Positions 36,107 through 50,700 of a DNA stretch of 64,000 bases are shown one piece after another; the first letter of the stretch is position 1; each line of letters begins with the position of its first letter. The notes under the pieces were generated by a model. The model saw only the letters and a program-made list of their open reading frames with translations, searched no databases and was not told the origin of the DNA. The stretch is from Bugula neritina (taxonomy: Eukaryota; Animalia; Bryozoa): contig OZ037766.1 in NCBI GenBank assembly GCA_964035545.1, forward strand, positions 10,096,722-10,160,721, given 5' to 3'. Made by a program: the position numbers and the translations under genes.

Positions 36107-39100
36107 ATGCTTGGATTTTACCCCAATAAAGAAAATGAAAGATTAGAGAATCCAGTCATCGAAGATAGTAATGTTGAAAATGTAAAGCAAAATCTACAAG
36201 TAAACATGTCTTCAATACCAAAAAAACAGTTCAACAGTAGCAGTTCAACTTTGAGAACCCCATCTCTTTTAGTAATGGACCGAAGATCTGTAAATTCTCC
36301 CATTACAGAATTATCCAACAACTTCACTGAACTGGCTGCGTGGGTATCATATCACTGTAATGAACCATGTTAATTCACTGTAAATACTACATAATACATG
36401 ACCTTGTAGCGTATATTTAATTTATTCAGTTTAAGGCTACATTTTTTCTTCAGAAATAAAAAAATACTAATTTATCTTGTAGAAAAATTAAATAATATAA
36501 ATATATAGAAAATCGGTTAATATTTGTGGATGAAATAGTGCACTGCAAGAGAACAGCTATTGGTGCCAAGCTATAAAATTACTTGAGTATTATTTCTAGA
36601 CAGATCATTCAGCTATAATGCCTCTTTCAAATTTCCACATTAGAAATTTAGAGTACCTTAAAAAATATGTTTCACTTTCTCAGAAAAAAATTATAGAATA
36701 TTTCAAGGTTTCTAAAATATATGACTTACAGGATTTTATCAAAATTTTGGCTAGTTTTATATTTAGAATGACATCTAATGATTTCAACACTCTTGTTAAG
36801 GGTGTGTAAATTTTTTTCAATTGTGAAAAGTTATAAACCATACTGATATTTATTCTTATGAAGTCAATTATGTCATATGTGAGAATATTTTTGTCAAACT
36901 CATCAAATGGTTTTTAAATTTATCAGGTTAATATCAGTCACCTATGATTTACATCACATTAAATAGCATACTACTAGTATCTGCTATCAACATCTCTATA
37001 CACTCAGTTTGTCTTTGCAGCAATGAGAGTAGTTGTGACAACACGCCTAAGAGAAGGTTATCCCTAACATCCAGCACAGGTAGTCCAACCCCAGATATCA
37101 TCCGGCAGCATTCAGTGCTGACTTCTTCTTGCAAATCTACATCTAGTGATGTTTCTAACAATTCTTTAGAACTGCCAGGTACCAGACCTCTTACATCATT
37201 TTTCAAGCTAGAAAATTTAAACTAAACTTTGTTACTTCCAAAAAATTCACTTTAATAAATTGTTTTTGTATGTTATATATTACATTATATATATTATACT
37301 GCATACATTATATTATATATATATTCTATATATTTAGGTCCTCTTTTCAAAACTGTAAATTCATTAGAGAAGCATGCTGGGAATGGGAGGTAAGTTTTTA
37401 CATTGAATTCCCTGTGGCATCATACAGTTTGAATTTATTGACATTTGGAGCAGCTGTGATGCCACTGCCTAGCAGCACTATGATGCCTGACTACTGATAC
37501 AATGTGCTTTTATTGATATAATATATGTGCATAGTTTTGTATTAACCGCCTATTCATACTATTGGCAGATTTGAACTGCACTCTCCTTATGTTCACTGTA
37601 GGAAGCATAGGCAAAGTAGTGTTTGGCTTGTATACTTGTATCTAGGAAACCCTCTTTATATTAATCTATCACCTACAGAGGTTGATAAACCCTTCAGTTG
37701 CAGTTGTTTATACACGTAATCAATGCTTATGCTACATTGATTTATATCAATGCTTGTCATCTGATATTCTTTCTACTCAATTATACAATAGAAGGATTAA
37801 CATTTAGATCAAAGCGTTTCCTTTTGAATAAATGCGTGCTAATAACTTAATTGTGTATTGATAATGCTTTGAGAAACTGTTTAATTCATGCTACCTCTTA
37901 GTTTAAATTTACAAACATTCAACAGTAATTTTTACCGTAACTCCAAATAGTTTAATTATGTTTACAGAAAGCCGTTTATGTCTGGTTCCTTCAGGAGACA
38001 CCATTCTGCACCTGTAAGTGGCATATATTTCATGTAAGGCAGCATTGACAGCACTTTCTTATCTGTATTTGCTAATGGGGAGTCATGTTTTATACTTGGT
38101 TGGGTTTGTTGCAGTTTGGTGGTGCATCTAATGAAGCTAGCCCTCAACTGCCAATGCCTGTGAACCCAAAGTCAGAGAAGACCCCACCTTCAGCTCATGC
38201 GGTGCGGCAGCAACAGCCCACCTTTTATGTAGAGGGAGATGAGACATCTGCCGATAGTTGTGACAGCGGTATTGAAAGGGTACGCTGCCAATCCCATTTT
38301 TATTTTCACAATTCACTGAATAGCAGCCTTTGTATTTTTCAAACATTGTTTAAAAACGTGCATGTAATAAACCAATAATATGTTTGATTATGTGTTTGTA
38401 TTGTGAGAATGCTGTGCTTGCCTTTCACTACTTTGAATTGCCCGGGCTTTTCCCCCTTAATCTATTGTGTGCGGTTGAGGTCATTTAGTATGCATACTTT
38501 AAACAAGCATTACACAAGCCGAGTTTCTTATCACTCATCAATGCAGTTTCACACACTGTCAAACCTGTCTCAGTCTGGCAACTCAAAAGTTACACATTAC
38601 TTTTGAAAGAGAAGAGTTGAATTGTTCAGTAGAGAAATTAAATTGTCTATTCTGTGTCTTCTAGCCACATCAATGTCATACACTATGCTATTTGAAATGC
38701 TGTCAATTCCATTATGTACCTCTGCTAGAGTGGGAAGCTGACTTTTGGGATGCCACCTGAAAGGATGCAGCAGACCAATGAATTGTCTCCAACACAGAGC
38801 ATGTCAGCGCTGAAAGGGGGTCATGTGACCAACAGCCCAGACCTGCATGATAATGCTGCCCAAGATTCCAGTGATTCTCCTCTGCTAGCCCACCGGCTGT
38901 GTAGCCTCTCGGCTGAGGAAGAGCATGACGATGGCTTTGATGAACTGGAATGTTTGGAGGTAATATAACATTTCACCATCACATGGTTAACTTTAAATTA
39001 GTTCAACAATGGACCCTCATGTATCTCCTATTTAATGCTCAAACAATACCACAATGCCCTCTGAACAACAAAGCAGTTTGTCAGTATAGTGATACTGCAT

Positions 39101-42100
39101 CCTCCACACCCCACATGAAAGTTGCTCTCATTTATATGCTTTAATGTATTTCTCTATTTGAGTTACACAATATTTCTTAAGGCCTTCATCTCCACATTAC
39201 TCTTATTCCAGTTAGCATTTCTGGGATTTTATTTGCTAGTGAATTTAGTTAATTTGAGTTAAAGGTATATGACTGCTTGCAAAGCCATTAACTCAGACTG
39301 TTGTATGACTTTCACCAACTCTCTATTTCCTACTCCTGCATATAGTTTGGTTTGATTCAGCAAATGCAAAGTGATGGTCAGGCTGTGCCAAGTGTTATTG
39401 CCAAGATGCTGACTGGTAAGATGGTGACCAAAGGCTCCCCGCCATCTTCTCTCGCGCCACCAAACAGATATGCTCTCAATAATAGCAGCTTTAAGGGGAC
39501 GTTGTTCAGGTCTCCCAGTATGCCCCAGCAGCTTGGTGCTCAGGGCTATGACATCAGGAGAAGGTGAGATATAGTTCTGTAATTTGTATGGAGTGAAATT
39601 CGTGCAACCTGATATGTGATGTTTGTGTAATAATTTATATTCGGTGACCAAATATATCTTAAGAAGCTGTAAATAGTTGAAAGTTTGTGTGGATGTAGAA
39701 AACTAGGTGTACTTTGGAAGCTCAACCCCTCTCGTTACAATACATCAAAGCCAGATCACTAGCAGGTTCACCGTTTTTTTAGGGCAATTTGTGGCAATAA
39801 GAGGAGTGAACCCCCCAATGACCACACCCCAGTGGCTGTGCTGAAAAGGCGAAAGGGGATGTTATACAGTGGCAATACTTTCCCAGTGCCCTGCAAACTA
39901 CAGGACTCTCTGACATCTGCTACTGGACTCTCTAGATGCAGGTCTATGGTAGAAAGCAGCGTCTCCTTTCAGAGGAGTAAAAGTAAGTGGACAGTTGTGC
40001 CACTGAGCATAATGATTATCAGACATGCCTTGTTCAAGATTAGCTTGGCATCACCTGCTTGTTGTGGCAGCAGACAGCTGGTGCTTGTAAGTTTTCTAGT
40101 ATTGCATTAAATCAATATAATGGATCAGGCTAGATATTTAAATTCTCTGCACTTAATTGATGATTAATTAGTTGGGTGTTCTAATAGAGTGTAGCAAATG
40201 TATTGTATAGCATTATGCTAGCTGGGAGAAACAATGACAACTTTATTTATTGATTAGCATCACTCATGCAGCGGTAAATTTAAACTTATAAGCATATCTA
40301 ACAAGCAGCAGCAGTGACTAGAGATAGCGTCACTAACACTATACCCACTTCTGCATGAATGGCTGTAACAGGTGTTGAATGTCTGATGTAGTTATGGAAC
40401 ATCTTGTCTGACACTGGATAATAAAGAACTGAAAGAGCAGTTATTTCTGATGTAATTATTGGATTAAATGAGCTAGTGAAATTGTTATCTTTATTTTAGT
40501 GGAATGTGACCACCACATTAGATCAAGTGCGATGAAATGTAACAATGTAAAGATGCTGTGTTATTTTGTTGATGGAATTTTCTTATTATAGGTGAAACTG
40601 AAGGTGAAACTGGAGATGGAAGGAAGTGTTGCCTGCCATTAGTTCAAGGGAAACAGACTGATTTGAATAACATATCCCATGACACGGTGAGATATAACTC
40701 CAACCCCACTCTACTTATAGCCCTACCACATTTTTAGTTAGCTGTAATTTTGGCAGTTTTAATAAATCTCTATTTCTAACACCCATTTCCAGGTTTCACA
40801 ATCAGCATTCTAACCTGAACTCTACACTGGGGAGCATTAACTCAATAGAAGCAGTTTTTTTAATTCATTTGCTTTTGATTTTTGGTTAAACTTTAGCCAG
40901 TATAAACAGAGAACTCTGTAGTATAAACTGACCACGAGTTACTAGCTGGTACATCAATGTTTTGAGAGCAAATTCCCTGCTGGGACAGCTTTTCAATTGT
41001 CAGTTTGAAGTATTTTACTAAAATAAGTCTACTTAAATCTCTTTTTGTTGCTACTCAGTTGGTATCTTTGTTATGTTTGATTTGCTGTAGCTGCATTGTC
41101 ATTAAAACCTGAATTTATACTTTTGCATTACTGGCATTGATTTGAAGGTAAAGTATGATTAGTATATGGTTAACCAGTATCTATGTTATTTGCGTCTCCA
41201 GTCTCCACCACCACACCATCTCTGTACTAAGCTGTTACTTGCCATAGACCTTTGTATATTCTACATACAGTATATTGTGATACAGTGTTTACTCTTTCTC
41301 AAACCTGTGTATAATTCTAGTGAATTATTTCAGCTTTGACTCTTGAAACTCTCTAGAAACATGCTAATTCTTCTTTATAAAGTTGTGGGTTGAAATCCCA
41401 CCACCCTTATCATCACCCTCAGTCTAGTAAACTAACAGAATTGTGTTAAACTCATCAAATTTTCATTAAGTAATAATTATATTTTGTAAATTGCAATTGA
41501 ACAGCAGAATATTTTCTACCATTTCTTCAAAAGTTGACGAATCATTTTCACCTAACTCATCAAACCAGTTGGTGTATAAATTTCAAAGCAAGACTGTTCT
41601 AATTTACTTCAATTAATCTTTTTATTTCACTGTTTTTTTCATGTTAGGAAAGATGTTATGGGATTGTGAAGCAAACATTCAACTCCCTTTATGCCCTTCA
41701 TGAACAACTCTGGTTTTCTGTCTCAAGTTGTGACAATTTTTGTGTCTTACTGCACTTTTCTTCTGTCTACTTGATTATTGTGATAACAAAGCATAACCAT
41801 CTCCTCCATTGGTATATTTCAACACACAGTTTGAGAAAAGTTTGCTCTGTTTTTCTATCTCAATGTTATTAAAACTAGACTTAACCACAACCACTGCATG
41901 ATAGCAAGTAGTTCTGCTCTGATCTTAGTACTGTTTAGTAGCCAGCTACATTTAGAGTTAATTAACGGTAACCATTTAATGGCAATTAACTAATAGATGT
42001 ATGAGCAGGTAGACTTTGTTACCATGGTAACCGGTGGAATTGTAGAAATATTTACTAGACATGTAACACAAAGCTCTGCAGGTTCTCCTCTAAGTCTAAT

Positions 42101-45100
42101 TATGCTACAGGTAGAGATAGTAGATATAACTGCTTGTGTTGAATCATTGTAGATGGCCAGGATACTAAACAAAGAGTACGATGACAAACTAGCCAGCTAC
42201 ACCATAATTGACTGCAGATATCCATATGAGTATGCAGGAGGACATATCAAGGTGCGCATTCTTTCTTTCACTCACTGTTTCTGACCTACTTGCCACACAG
42301 TGATGAACGCTTGCCAAAACCTTTTAATGGAGCCGATTTAGGCTTTGGTTATGTTCATAGCATAACTTTGATTGTGCAATGAGTTAGGCAATGTGTTGTG
42401 CAAATGCAGATTATGTGTGATGTTCACGGTGAGAGCAGACAGTGCTGTATAAGGTGTGAGATTGTAATTAAGGTGCACTGTTTGTTTGCAGGGAGCTGAG
42501 AATATATATACAAAAGAAGATTTGTTTCGGAAATATATCACTGGCGTTAACCCTGATGAGCACAACGTGGCAAATGATAAAAGGAATATACTGATATTTC
42601 ATTGTGAATTTAGCAGTGAAAGAGCCCCTCGACTGTAAGTTGATAATAACTGACTTGTTATATGTTACTTCACATCTGTCTCTAGTGTCCATCACACACT
42701 CCTATACAGTCATAACCTTCTCACCAGTGTTTGTACTTACCCTTGACTTAGATGACACATCCTCAGCTACTACTACTCCAACTGTTCAGTGCCTCATTCA
42801 CTCCCTGTCAAGTGCATGTCAAACACTAGCAGATTAAAGGTTTCAACTTTTTCTGAGAGAGTAAGAAAACAATATAGGTTATAGGGTAATATATGTATTC
42901 ACATTCCTACTGGTTATAACCATAGTCTATCTATTTCTACTGATGTAGGCATATAGCATGTTGTTGTTTCTGTCAAAGCTGTCCAATGTCTGCTATTTAG
43001 TGTAGAGAACAAATTTTATTCATCTTGGGTTGGTTTGGATTTAAAAAATTGATTTTTTATTTCATTTGGACAACTTCTTTCGTTACAAAGTTCTGCATGT
43101 ACCATCAAAATCTGCCAAGTGATATTCATATAGCAATTGCCTGCGAATGGCAGGCTGAGCAATGTGGGTAACGTGGAACTCATGAGCACCAGTACAATGA
43201 ATTTATCAGCTTTGTTCTAATTGGCTTAAGGTTTAAGAAAAACAAATCTGGTTGAAACAGTGATTCTTTAGTTATTCAATTATGTGTACTGGATTATCTC
43301 AGTTTTAACCAAAGCTGTTCACCTCATAGGTCATCAGACTGCAGGCTACTGTTACCAAAAAGATAATGATACTAATAACAAATATAATACAACTGATGCC
43401 TAGGAGCCATTTTCCTTAGATATCCAAATTGAATAATCCAGATTATCATTTCCCCCAGAGAAAGATGTCTAAACTTTGAAATATAGCAACATCCATAACT
43501 GTACTGCAAATAGTTTTTACAAAGAACTTGTTTTCATCTAAAAATGTAACCATGACAACTGACTATTGCATAAGAGAAGGTAACTGCATGAATTGAAGTA
43601 ACAAATTAGCTGCTGTCTAAGACAGGTCCACCTAAGCTGGTGATAGTGTTGCTGCTATACTAGACTCTAGAAAATACCCTTATCACATCAAAATTACAAA
43701 GAAACTTCATTATAACAACATTCTCAAATAGTAATCGGATAGAACTTCTGCAGTATATTATGTTGACTGATATTAGTGACAACAAGTCTTGAAAAGTTGA
43801 CACTCATTCTACACCAAATACTCTTATAACATTCCTGTTTATCTACACTGAGTATCTAAGATGTGCATGAAAGGAATATTGTTGTTATGCAATATCTCAT
43901 GCTGGTTATAGGCCACTACCCTTGTTGGTAGAGAGTGTGGGTTGGTATTGGTTGATGGAGGGGTACTCTCATAGCTAGTTCTTTTGTTATGGCTTTCTCA
44001 GCAAACATTGATCCTTAAAAAAACCTCGTAAAGTTTTAGTCTCTTCTGTGATATTGAACAGCTGTTGTTGTCACTGCTGATAGTAGAATCAAGTGTCTGA
44101 GCCAACCAATAATTTTAAAATTCTCTGCCTGATGACTGATGCTAGCTGCAGGAAATGACTGGTTATCATTTGGATATAACTGCTTCCTTTATAACCATCA
44201 CAATAGCATTCGTACTAGCTTTAGGTACAAATTCGAAATGATACAAGGTAACATTAGGCTTTGTTGGTGTTGAATAACAATCACCCCCTGTCTATACTAT
44301 TGCAAAATTTATTCTAAACAACATACAATTATCAAAATTCAATTGAACAGTACAACAAATGGAAAAATTTCAACATGTGTGGAAGAATGTGGTTACACCA
44401 GATTTGATGCTCTTGTGGAATTAATGATGTTGAGAATTCGTGTGAAAACTGGGATTTGGGAATGATGCTACTAATATCTTTATCTCTGCAGCTAGCTGTA
44501 GCTATACTGATTATTATGAGGGGTTTATTATCAATTTACAGTTTGAGATTTAAAAACTCCAGCTGTATCACCTTGATTAGAACTACATTGTGGTGTTCTC
44601 TAATGGTTCTATTGTTTCAGGTCAAGGTTTCTGCGGAATCATGACAGGGAAATCAATTCAGAATATTATCCCAGCTTGTACCACCCTGAACTGTATCTCC
44701 TGGAAGGCGGTTATAAACAGTTCTTTGAACACTGCAAGGTGATTAGCTCTGTTTTATCATTAACATTATATTCGAGTGTTCTTAGGCTCCTAATTTCCTA
44801 CAATGTCTTTTAAGTTTAGGTAAACAAAACTGAATTTTCGCTACTTGGAGATTTTCAAGCTAATGCACAGTGCTAGCAGGCAGTGTAAGATAGCTAAAAG
44901 ATAAACTACTTTTTCAGCAACTACCTTCTAACCAGTACACTGTACAGCTTTCAATTGTAGAGAATCTTCACATCTATATTCACACAGTCATTATTTTCGT
45001 TCTGAGTTTTCTCATGCATGAATGGTGGGACAGTATGGTGGTAATTGCATGTGTTCATAGTTATTAGTGTTTAAACTACATGGCGGTTACCCATCATTTA

Positions 45101-46376
45101 AATATCAACACTATGGCAACTGTGAGGGCATACTTGAGTTGATTCTAGTGTGTAACAGGCCATTCAAAATTATCTTCTTGGACGATTCTATCTAGATGTG
45201 GGCCAGTATTCTATTCGGCTCAGCATATTTCCATTCATCAGATAGGGATCTTTTTTGAGCAAATGCCATCACAAAACGCACCCTTTTGTTATTCTAGTAT
45301 TCTATTACACATCTGTGCTGTAAAACGATGTTGATAGCAACGGTTGAGATGCCTGCTCATTGGTTGATTTGAATATTGTCTGTCCATGTAATTATGATGG
45401 TCGCATCTGCTTGCTGATAAACAGATAAAAGGTAGTTCATCTGACATTAACCAGCTGACTATATAATTAACTGAATGTGTTAATTACAAATTCCTGGTGG
45501 AATAAAACTACAGTTCCACTGGCGACAGTATTTGCCATCATTCAGCCAACCATTCAGCATGTTTAGTGTCCTGTGCCACTGGGCATGCACTAAAATATCA
45601 GTCTATCCACAGTGGTGCTGAGTTGGTAGTTTGGCACCTGTTTTGGTTCCATGGCAGTTAGTATATGTATGGTCTTCCTGCCATTACTTAAATTATGTAG
45701 TTTCAGTATTATTACACTGTATAACGTCAAAGTACAGGAAGGTGCTAGTGTGGGATGAACGCATGTAATGAATACTAAGATACTGGTCAGTTTCATTTAG
45801 GAGCAGTATGGGAGAAATTCAGATAGCCTAAGTTCTCTAATGTCATTATTAAATTTTGGTTTGAAATTTTTTCAAGAACACACTTCTTTTGGTACATTTT
45901 TAATCTAGAACACAGGCTTTTCTCGATTTCTCCATTACTGCACCTACTTCCTCAGTTTAGCAGTCACTTAAATTTGAGCATTTTCATTACTTCCAATGTT
46001 TTCAATAGCAGCTCACCACTTATTTTGTGTTTACTTATCTCCAATAATTTGTGCATACTTGTAATTTGGCTGTACTAGATGTTACAGACAACACAATGCC
46101 TTGTTTGTTTCCCGCCACACTATTTCATTCATAATTTTTTTACCGCGCATTAGGCTTTCTTTGGTGTGTACAAGAGGCATATTGTTGTTTTTAGTATTAA
46201 AGACCAAGTGAAGTTTATATGTGTGTATTGTCATTGTTTAGGAACTGTGTGAGCCAGTGAGTTATAAGCCAATGCACCACCCAGAACATTCAGAAGACCT
46301 GAAAAGATTTAGAGCTGAGTCCAAATCTTGGGTTGGAGGAGAGAAAAGAGGTCTTAGGACAGGTTTGAGGAGATAA
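36107..46376 (+). CDS. CDC25: M-phase inducer phosphatase CDC25
   Basis: Exons 36107-36339, 37021-37178, 37338-37389, 37968-38013, 38115-38279, 38729-38959, 39361-39563, 39783-39982, (possible mini-exon 40500-40538), 40592-40686, 42153-42251, 42492-42634, 44621-44738, 46242-46376. Catalytic [39 protein letters not shown]; LFRSPSMP 14-3-3 site. Confidence 0.96.
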
Positions 46377-47732
46377 ATGTTTCCCTTGGCAATGGGTAGC
46401 GGCTCTGAACTGTTTCATCTGATAGAGCACAGCGTGGGCTATGGCAGGCAGAGACTGCATATAGTATCTGTATCACACATAATCAGCCTAATTAATATAA
46501 ACTTAAGTCTCTTGCCTGAAGCTAAAGTTTCACTAATACTGAGATTTTATTCATACCTGGGAGAATTAATTGGTTCTGTAAATTATTGCAAGGTTTTATA
46601 GTGTACTCGCAATACACCTCTCTCTATGATTTATGATCTAAAGCAGCAAATTTTACATAATTTAAATTTTTACGAATAGCATGTTTATAGAATTATTTTT
46701 CAACACAAAGAATTGTAGAAAAAGTCAAATGGATATAATTCTTGGAGAGAATATTTTTATGTATGTAAGAATGAGCATGTTAAATAGCAACAAAGATTAC
46801 TAATGTTTTGTTACCAGATTATTTTGTCCATCGTAATCTTAATATTTACTTTTAATTTTTATGGCACTGGTACCTTTTGTAATTACAAAATATAATATTA
46901 TGTACATAATAATGTACTGTCCTAACATGTAATCGTGCTGGACAGACGCTACTTTTATTATAGTACTATACTTTTAACATTTAACCATAAGCAATAAAAT
47001 GACAAATAATTAACAAAAATTTCAAAATCACTGATAACCATTGATTTGTTCAACTATAATACAAGCTCCAATGTGAACTTAGTTATACAACATAGTGCTA
47101 AAATACAATAATTAAATAAGAATAATTAGTCACAAAAGTTAAAATACAATAAGAAAATTAAATCTTTTGATAGTGTCTATTGAGCATTGTAGAGGAATAA
47201 CATAATAAATTATATGTAAGAGTAATGTAGCAAGTGGAAACAACAGATATCAACAAGTTTTAGGTTTCTACATGGATTTTTACAGCAATAATCTTAGACT
47301 TCAAAATAAAAAAAATAATTTAAACAGAAAATGTGCATTCATCAAAATTAAATATTAATTCCGCGTCAAAACTAAGTATTGCATATATATCTAGCAAAGA
47401 AACAAATGTTATACAGTTAGAGCCAAAAAATAGTATTCCATGCAACTTTTATCATTTAGATAGAGGCTCTAACTTTTAGCCATATTAGAAATACTAATTT
47501 CGAATTATTGGCTTGAATTTTGCTATCTAACAGTGGTATGCATATATATACATGCTATTACATTTATGGACTCCAATAAATAAAACATTATATAAGATAT
47601 AAATAACTAATGTTTCAAGTGTCGCTATATAGAATATCCCAAGCTAACATGTGCAGCTGACAAGTAAAAGTGGAGTGATGTTAAATAGAACTGAACTTGT
47701 CTAGCATGTAGTTACTGTATTGGATGAAGAAA

Positions 47733-50700
47733 TCATTCAGCTCCGGATCCGGTATTCAAATCATTGGTCACTAGCTTTGAAAGGGCCTCTGAATTATCAC
47801 TCCTTGCTTTTTCATGAGCAGGAATAAGTGCATCCACTAAATTCGGCTGAACTTTAAGCTCTAAAATTATAGAGCACAGTGATGGAATTGTTTATAATGA
47901 TTTTGCCTAAAGGAGCTTTATATAATTATGATTAAAAGTTTTGCAAATGTCAAACTTGTTCTGGCATAGTACAGCAAGCATGAGAAAACTGTCAAGTATT
48001 TAAATACTCTGTACCCTAGACCTAAATAATAGTACATACAAACAGCAATGAAACCAGTTTCAATTCAAACTATCACGATTCACTACTATACCCTCAGAGT
48101 CTAGAAACAACTACCATTATTTACTAACCAAGAGTCTAGCTGTTAAAGTAGGTAATATAGATAACTGCAGCAGTTTTATATAAAAGAGCTATTAAAAAAA
48201 GTCTACATTGAACATTGAAATAATTATACCTTCGGCAGTAAAGTTAAACAGCTGAGGAAGTTTTTTTCCGTTAGGTAGATGACTGTTGCTATCTCTCAGC
48301 TCATCAAAGAAATTGTGAGCACAAGCTTGCAATGGGCTGACTCTTATTTGTGGAGTGTAATCTAACAATCTACTCATCAGCTCAAGTACTTCAGAGGGAG
48401 TTCTCGAGCGAAACACCTATGATTACATGAAATCGCATTAAAATTACTAAAGCAAAAAAAAATTAGATTTGAAACTATCTGTTTTGGCCATGTGATCCAG
48501 CCATCAAATTATCTTAAATGTAGGGTTGACTCCCCATTTGATTATTACACAAAGAAAGACAACTCCAAAACTTGAAATGCTTCAACAGCTAACGCTATTG
48601 ACCAAGTTGTAAGAATGGAAAATTCTACTTCTTGTTTGGGGCTTTATTTAACAAAAACTTACGTTTAAATATATGGCTAATACTGTTTAAGGATAAAGTT
48701 TCACATTGATATTAGCCATTTTTTCAGTAACAGGACCAAAATCGTGTTTGGAGCAACTATTGTTGATTCCTGTCTCTTTTACAAAATAATTGACCAAATG
48801 ACCTGTTCCCATTAGTGGAATGAGTTCACACAGCCAAATCAAGGTTGTGACTTCATTTAAATGAGCAATGTGGCCGCTGAAAATTATTGACAAATATTAC
48901 ATAGCGTTACTCACCTTATTCCATGGGTGAGACTTTATTTGTGGAAATCTAAATTCTGTATAGCTTGGATTCATTTCTCTTATTTGTTCGCGGGTTGGAG
49001 TGCCGAGCACCTTAATAATTTCTACTAACTGATCCACTCCACTATCACCAGGGAATATTGGCTGCCCCAGTAACAGTTCAGCCATAACACAACCTGCTGA
49101 CCAAATATCTAAAAAATGGAAGCACCAGAATAGAGATATCCAATAGCTAACAAACATAGACTACTGGTTTAATAGACAGCTGGCCTGAGTGAGGCTAGCA
49201 AACAAATGTTTAGTTGACAAACTAAATATCAGGGAATACAAAACAACCGACCTATCTGAACTGTGTAGTTTGTAGAGCCGAAGATAAGTTCTGGAGCTCT
49301 GTAGTAGCGTGAGCATATATATGACACATTGGGTTCTCCTTGCACTAGCGCCTTCGCACTGACAAATATGTAATGAGGTGATACAGCATATGTATTACAC
49401 ATTGCTATCTTATTTCTACTCACATGTGACATGAAATTATTTGCTGCAATATTGTTGTAGGTATTTCTTAATAGTGAAAGAAAATTAGACTAAACTCATA
49501 AATTGGTATAAATGTATACCATATTTACTTGAAATTTGAAATAGTTGAATTTTCATTTTATAAGGTAGAATCTGAACATTTATAAGATTTTTGAAACTGT
49601 TAAGCGCATGCTAGCTTTTAAAAACGTTGAAGCAATTCGGTTGTTAAATAAAACTATAAAAAAATCAAGTTCAACGTTAGTTGGTTCAGAAACAAAATTA
49701 GCCCAATTAGCTCTATGAACCTGCTAGTAGCTACTTTCTGATTGTTGTTTATGTTAGTAAAACATTTATCATACGACTATAAAAATTCTAAATCCTCAAA
49801 TTTAAACCTACTATAACAAATGCATTGCAATCTTGTGAAACATAACTGGTTTAAGAATCCTACCTTCCAAAGTCACAGAGCTTGAGGACACCAGTTTCAG
49901 GGTCAACTAGCAGGTTTTGAGGTTTAATATCTCGATGACACACACCTTGTAAGTGTAAATATGCCAGACTTCTAAATAACTGGTACATGTACAACTACAA
50001 GGAGAGATAATCATGAGGTGTACATTACCAATCAGAAGTAATAGTGTAATAAGCATGACAATACGGCAAACGCTGAAGTTTTTTGGAAAATGCAGGCACA
50101 TTCAAAACTGTAATTCAATTTTTCAAGTTTAACAAAAATATAATCTTTTTTTCTAAAAGACTTTCCACTGGAGATTTTTTTCTAACATAGCCAGAGACAA
50201 GGTCAGGGAAATGGTAGCCAACACATAAGAGAGATGTTGGGTTTTCTTTGTAAATGCATGGCCCTTATTTCAATCTGCTTTCAGCAGAGAACAAATAACT
50301 AATGGCAAGAAGAAAGGTTCACATGAATACTTGACTTTACTTAAGTACTATTTAGCTTAGCAGGGCGTCACTGGAAATTTAGAGTGTCAAATTGTGACAA
50401 AATTTCATTTGTTGTTGATGGCCGAAGTAAGTCTACTGCTTTATTTGAGTAGTTGCCCTATTTACATCACAGCTTACACAGAAATTATGTAACCATAATA
50501 ACTATGATACAGAGTAATAATTTTCAGTTTCATATTGAGCAAACAGCAAAAATTGTCTTTTATTCTCTTCAACTACTCATTTACAGTGAGCTTATAGATT
50601 CTCATATGTTGCTCTAATAGTTATTATTTTACCATATATTTATAATGTAAAGACTCAAATGATTTCATATATAATCCTTTCAACATATGATTATCTAGCT

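Noticed and set aside
44130-44180. CTGATGA...GAAA hammerhead-like core
   Set aside because: Stem II is weak and stem I cannot pair.
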